Below are positions 35,460 through 37,699 of a stretch of 37,699 nucleotides of DNA, one piece after another (positions within the stretch are counted from its first letter, which is position 1; every line of letters begins with the position of its first letter). A program made the position numbers and the translations under genes. The DNA is taken from positions 1 to 37,699 of the forward strand of contig NW_021833463.1 of assembly GCF_006345805.1 (NCBI RefSeq), read 5' to 3'. This DNA is from Octopus sinensis (taxonomy: Eukaryota). Below the pieces are notes generated by a model that searched no databases, was not told the DNA's origin, and saw only the letters and a program-made list of their open reading frames with translations.

Positions 35460-35919
35460 ATAACACACAGAAAAAAAATTAGTGCAATACTAAAAAAAAA
35501 CAACACTCACTATCATTACTACTATCACAGTCTTCAACTCTAGCAGCATCACCACAATTGGGTCGTAGATGCCTTGAGCAGATTACGTTCCTGTTGCAAA
35601 CGTTTGATCAGATGAGAGCGTGAATTTTCCACATGAAATATTAAGGGTTATATAATGGTTGTGGGCACCACAATTCTTTCTCTGAAAAAAAAAAAACAAA
35701 AAAAAAAAAACAAAAAAAAAAAAAAAAACAAAACAAACAAACTACAAATGAAAAGAAATATACGGTTTCAAAGCATGGGGCTAAGCATCTTATGGTATTT
35801 TAATCACCTTCTTTTACGCTCTGGATCGAAATTCCGCTCAAGACGACATCATCATTTGAATGCCATGATGAGATAGAGGGATGGTTTTCTTTTATTCGCT
35901 CACACACGCACACTTTCTT

Positions 35920-35936
35920 CCACCGTATATATTATA

Positions 35937-35981
<45 letters not shown>

Positions 35982-35994
35982 TAAATACATACAT

Positions 35995-36044
<50 letters not shown>

Positions 36045-36130
36045 ATGTATATATTATATACATATATATATTTATATATGTTTGTATGTATATATATATA
36101 TATAATCATATATATATATATATACATATA
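35920..36130. repeat. (TA)n microsatellite
   Basis: Directly visible. Confidence 0.95.
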
Positions 36131-36132
36131 TT

Positions 36133-36545
36133 ATTTGTTGTTGTTGCCTTCCTTTTGTCTCGTATGTGTCTCGGGGAGCAATGGAGTTGCGCATAAACTA
36201 ATGCAGTCTGGGTTTTACATTTCATGTCCCCTCCAGTTTCCACTCCAGTTTTGCGCAGGCCTGGGCGAGATGTAAGAAAATCCTGGGTAGCCCAATCGTC
36301 AGGATTCCTCACTCGACCTTGCTGATATGGTCCAAAGGAGTGCAGAGCATTACGTTTGGCACCAGCTTTGTTGCAGGAGCTGCCGGAAGAATGTCCAGTC
36401 GAACACTAAACCACCTACAGGCCTCTATTCTTGATATCTTTGAAGGCTGTCTCCTTTCCGTAACCCTGGATAGGGTTCCATTTCGGGTACTGTCAGCCGG
36501 AGCCAGCTGAGCCCGGGACTCGTGTCTGGCAGTGTCGTCACTCCC
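36133..36545 (-). mobile_element. Probable bipartite non-autonomous RTE-clade retroposon (5' UTR-like part + 3' end + (CAA)n tail)
   Basis: Minus strand cggcagctcctgcaacaaagctggtgccaaacgtaatgc..gggctacccaggat resembles RTE 5' regions as I recall them; it ends gagacaaaaggaaggcaacaacaacaa. No ORF between the parts. Confidence 0.55.
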
Positions 36546-36573
36546 GGAAGTAGTGAAGAAAATTGCTACCCAC

Positions 36574-36637
36574 TACACACATACATACATACATACATAC
36601 ATACATACATACATGTATACATACATACATACATACA

Positions 36638-36673
<36 letters not shown>

Positions 36674-36823
36674 TATATAAATATATATACATATATATAT
36701 ATATATGTATGTAGGTATGTATGCATCTATCTATCTATCTATCTATCTATTTATCTATCTATCTACTTATCTATCTACCAATCTATATGTGTATGTATGT
36801 ATAATTTGACAGAAATATTTTGC

Positions 36824-36858
<35 letters not shown>

Positions 36859-37139
36859 AACGCAAACACACATATATACACATGGCCGCTACACACAAAT
36901 ACACTCACACACACTCACAAAAGCATGCAAGCCCACAGCAACACCCATACACATAACACGCACGTACACATATAATTTTTTGTAATTTCGAGTGTGCCAT
37001 GCAAGCAATAAAATAGATATTAAGATCCTTCCAAACAACAAAATTTGTGTCAACAAACAACTTTACATGAAGAATTTGCAACATACACACGCACACATTC
37101 ACACACGCGCGCCCATACACACGTACATTCATATGAATA

Positions 37140-37181
<42 letters not shown>

Positions 37182-37200
37182 TGTGTGTGTGTATGTGTGT
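36574..37200. repeat. (CATA)n/(TATC)n/(TA)n/(CA)n microsatellites
   Basis: Directly visible. Confidence 0.85.
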
Positions 37201-37417
37201 ATGGAAAAGAGAGAGAGACCGAGAGTTCGAAGTGTTTTGGTGTGTTAGCTTTTCTGCCTACAGCGAGAAAAATTAGCTGACAAATTCAGTGAATGGCTTT
37301 CTTACGGGTTCGAATATGACTCAAGAATAATGGGTGTGGTAACAAGTATGTATGTACTCACACACACATAAATATATATATATATATACATATATATATG
37401 AATGTATATTCATATAC

Positions 37418-37462
37418 ATACTAGCAGAAAGACTGCCTTCCGGGCGGTTTGTTTGCTAGTAT
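37418..37462. other. Small palindrome resembling a Helitron 3' terminus on both strands
   Basis: atactagca...tgctagtat 9-bp inverted repeat enclosing a GC hairpin (actgcc-ttcc-gggcggt). Confidence 0.35.
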
Positions 37463-37699
37463 ATTATCACATTCGATTCACAATTCTAATAATTTTTATA
37501 TTTTACGTCTAATTATTTCTTTTTATAATAGTGCTCACTTCCTTATTAAATATTGCTTTCATTATTTCATCACAGTTATAATCTCTGTTTTTTGAACAAG
37601 TATTAAGGTAGTCCAACTACGGAGGGGGAGCAGTTTGTTAAGTATTACCTTCCCTTCAAAGCAAGATAGTGATTTCAATTCAGAAGACCATCTGTAAAC

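Noticed and set aside
629-37248. The many long ORFs rich in YI/IY/CV/HT or poly-I/N/D/L/S/T
   Set aside because: They are translations of di-, tri- and tetranucleotide microsatellites that lack stops in some frames; there is no domain content or splice support.

Overview
AT-rich eukaryotic non-coding DNA, most likely an octopus (coleoid cephalopod) intron or intergenic region. That assignment is inferred from the SINE families and the very dense di/tri/tetranucleotide microsatellites. No host protein-coding gene can be supported; most listed ORFs are microsatellite translations. Recognisable coding relics are all transposon-derived: a CR1/L2-type RT (1-643, -), two Tc1/mariner scraps (about 6150-6525 and 7055-7192), an internally deleted DD37D (maT) transposon (12874-14031) split by a ~300-bp inverted-repeat element, and the REL-endonuclease C-terminus of an R4/Dong-like LINE (26203-26493, -). 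At least four tRNA-head SINE types (my labels A, B, C1, C2), a bipartite RTE derivative and probable Helitron ends are also present. The most interesting signals were read directly from the sequence. (i) Two type-I hammerhead ribozyme motifs with complete catalytic cores (19042-19086 and 8007-8047), plus a core-variant third (6884-6921). (ii) A ~555-bp non-coding unit in (TAA)n-linked head-to-tail concatemers that stop just inside the next unit (30576-32542). (iii) CORE-type SINE multimers with the same junction order at separate loci. (iv) An unclassified inverted-repeat family whose short copy carries a long pre-miRNA-like hairpin. Family names come from motif recognition only; no database search was run.
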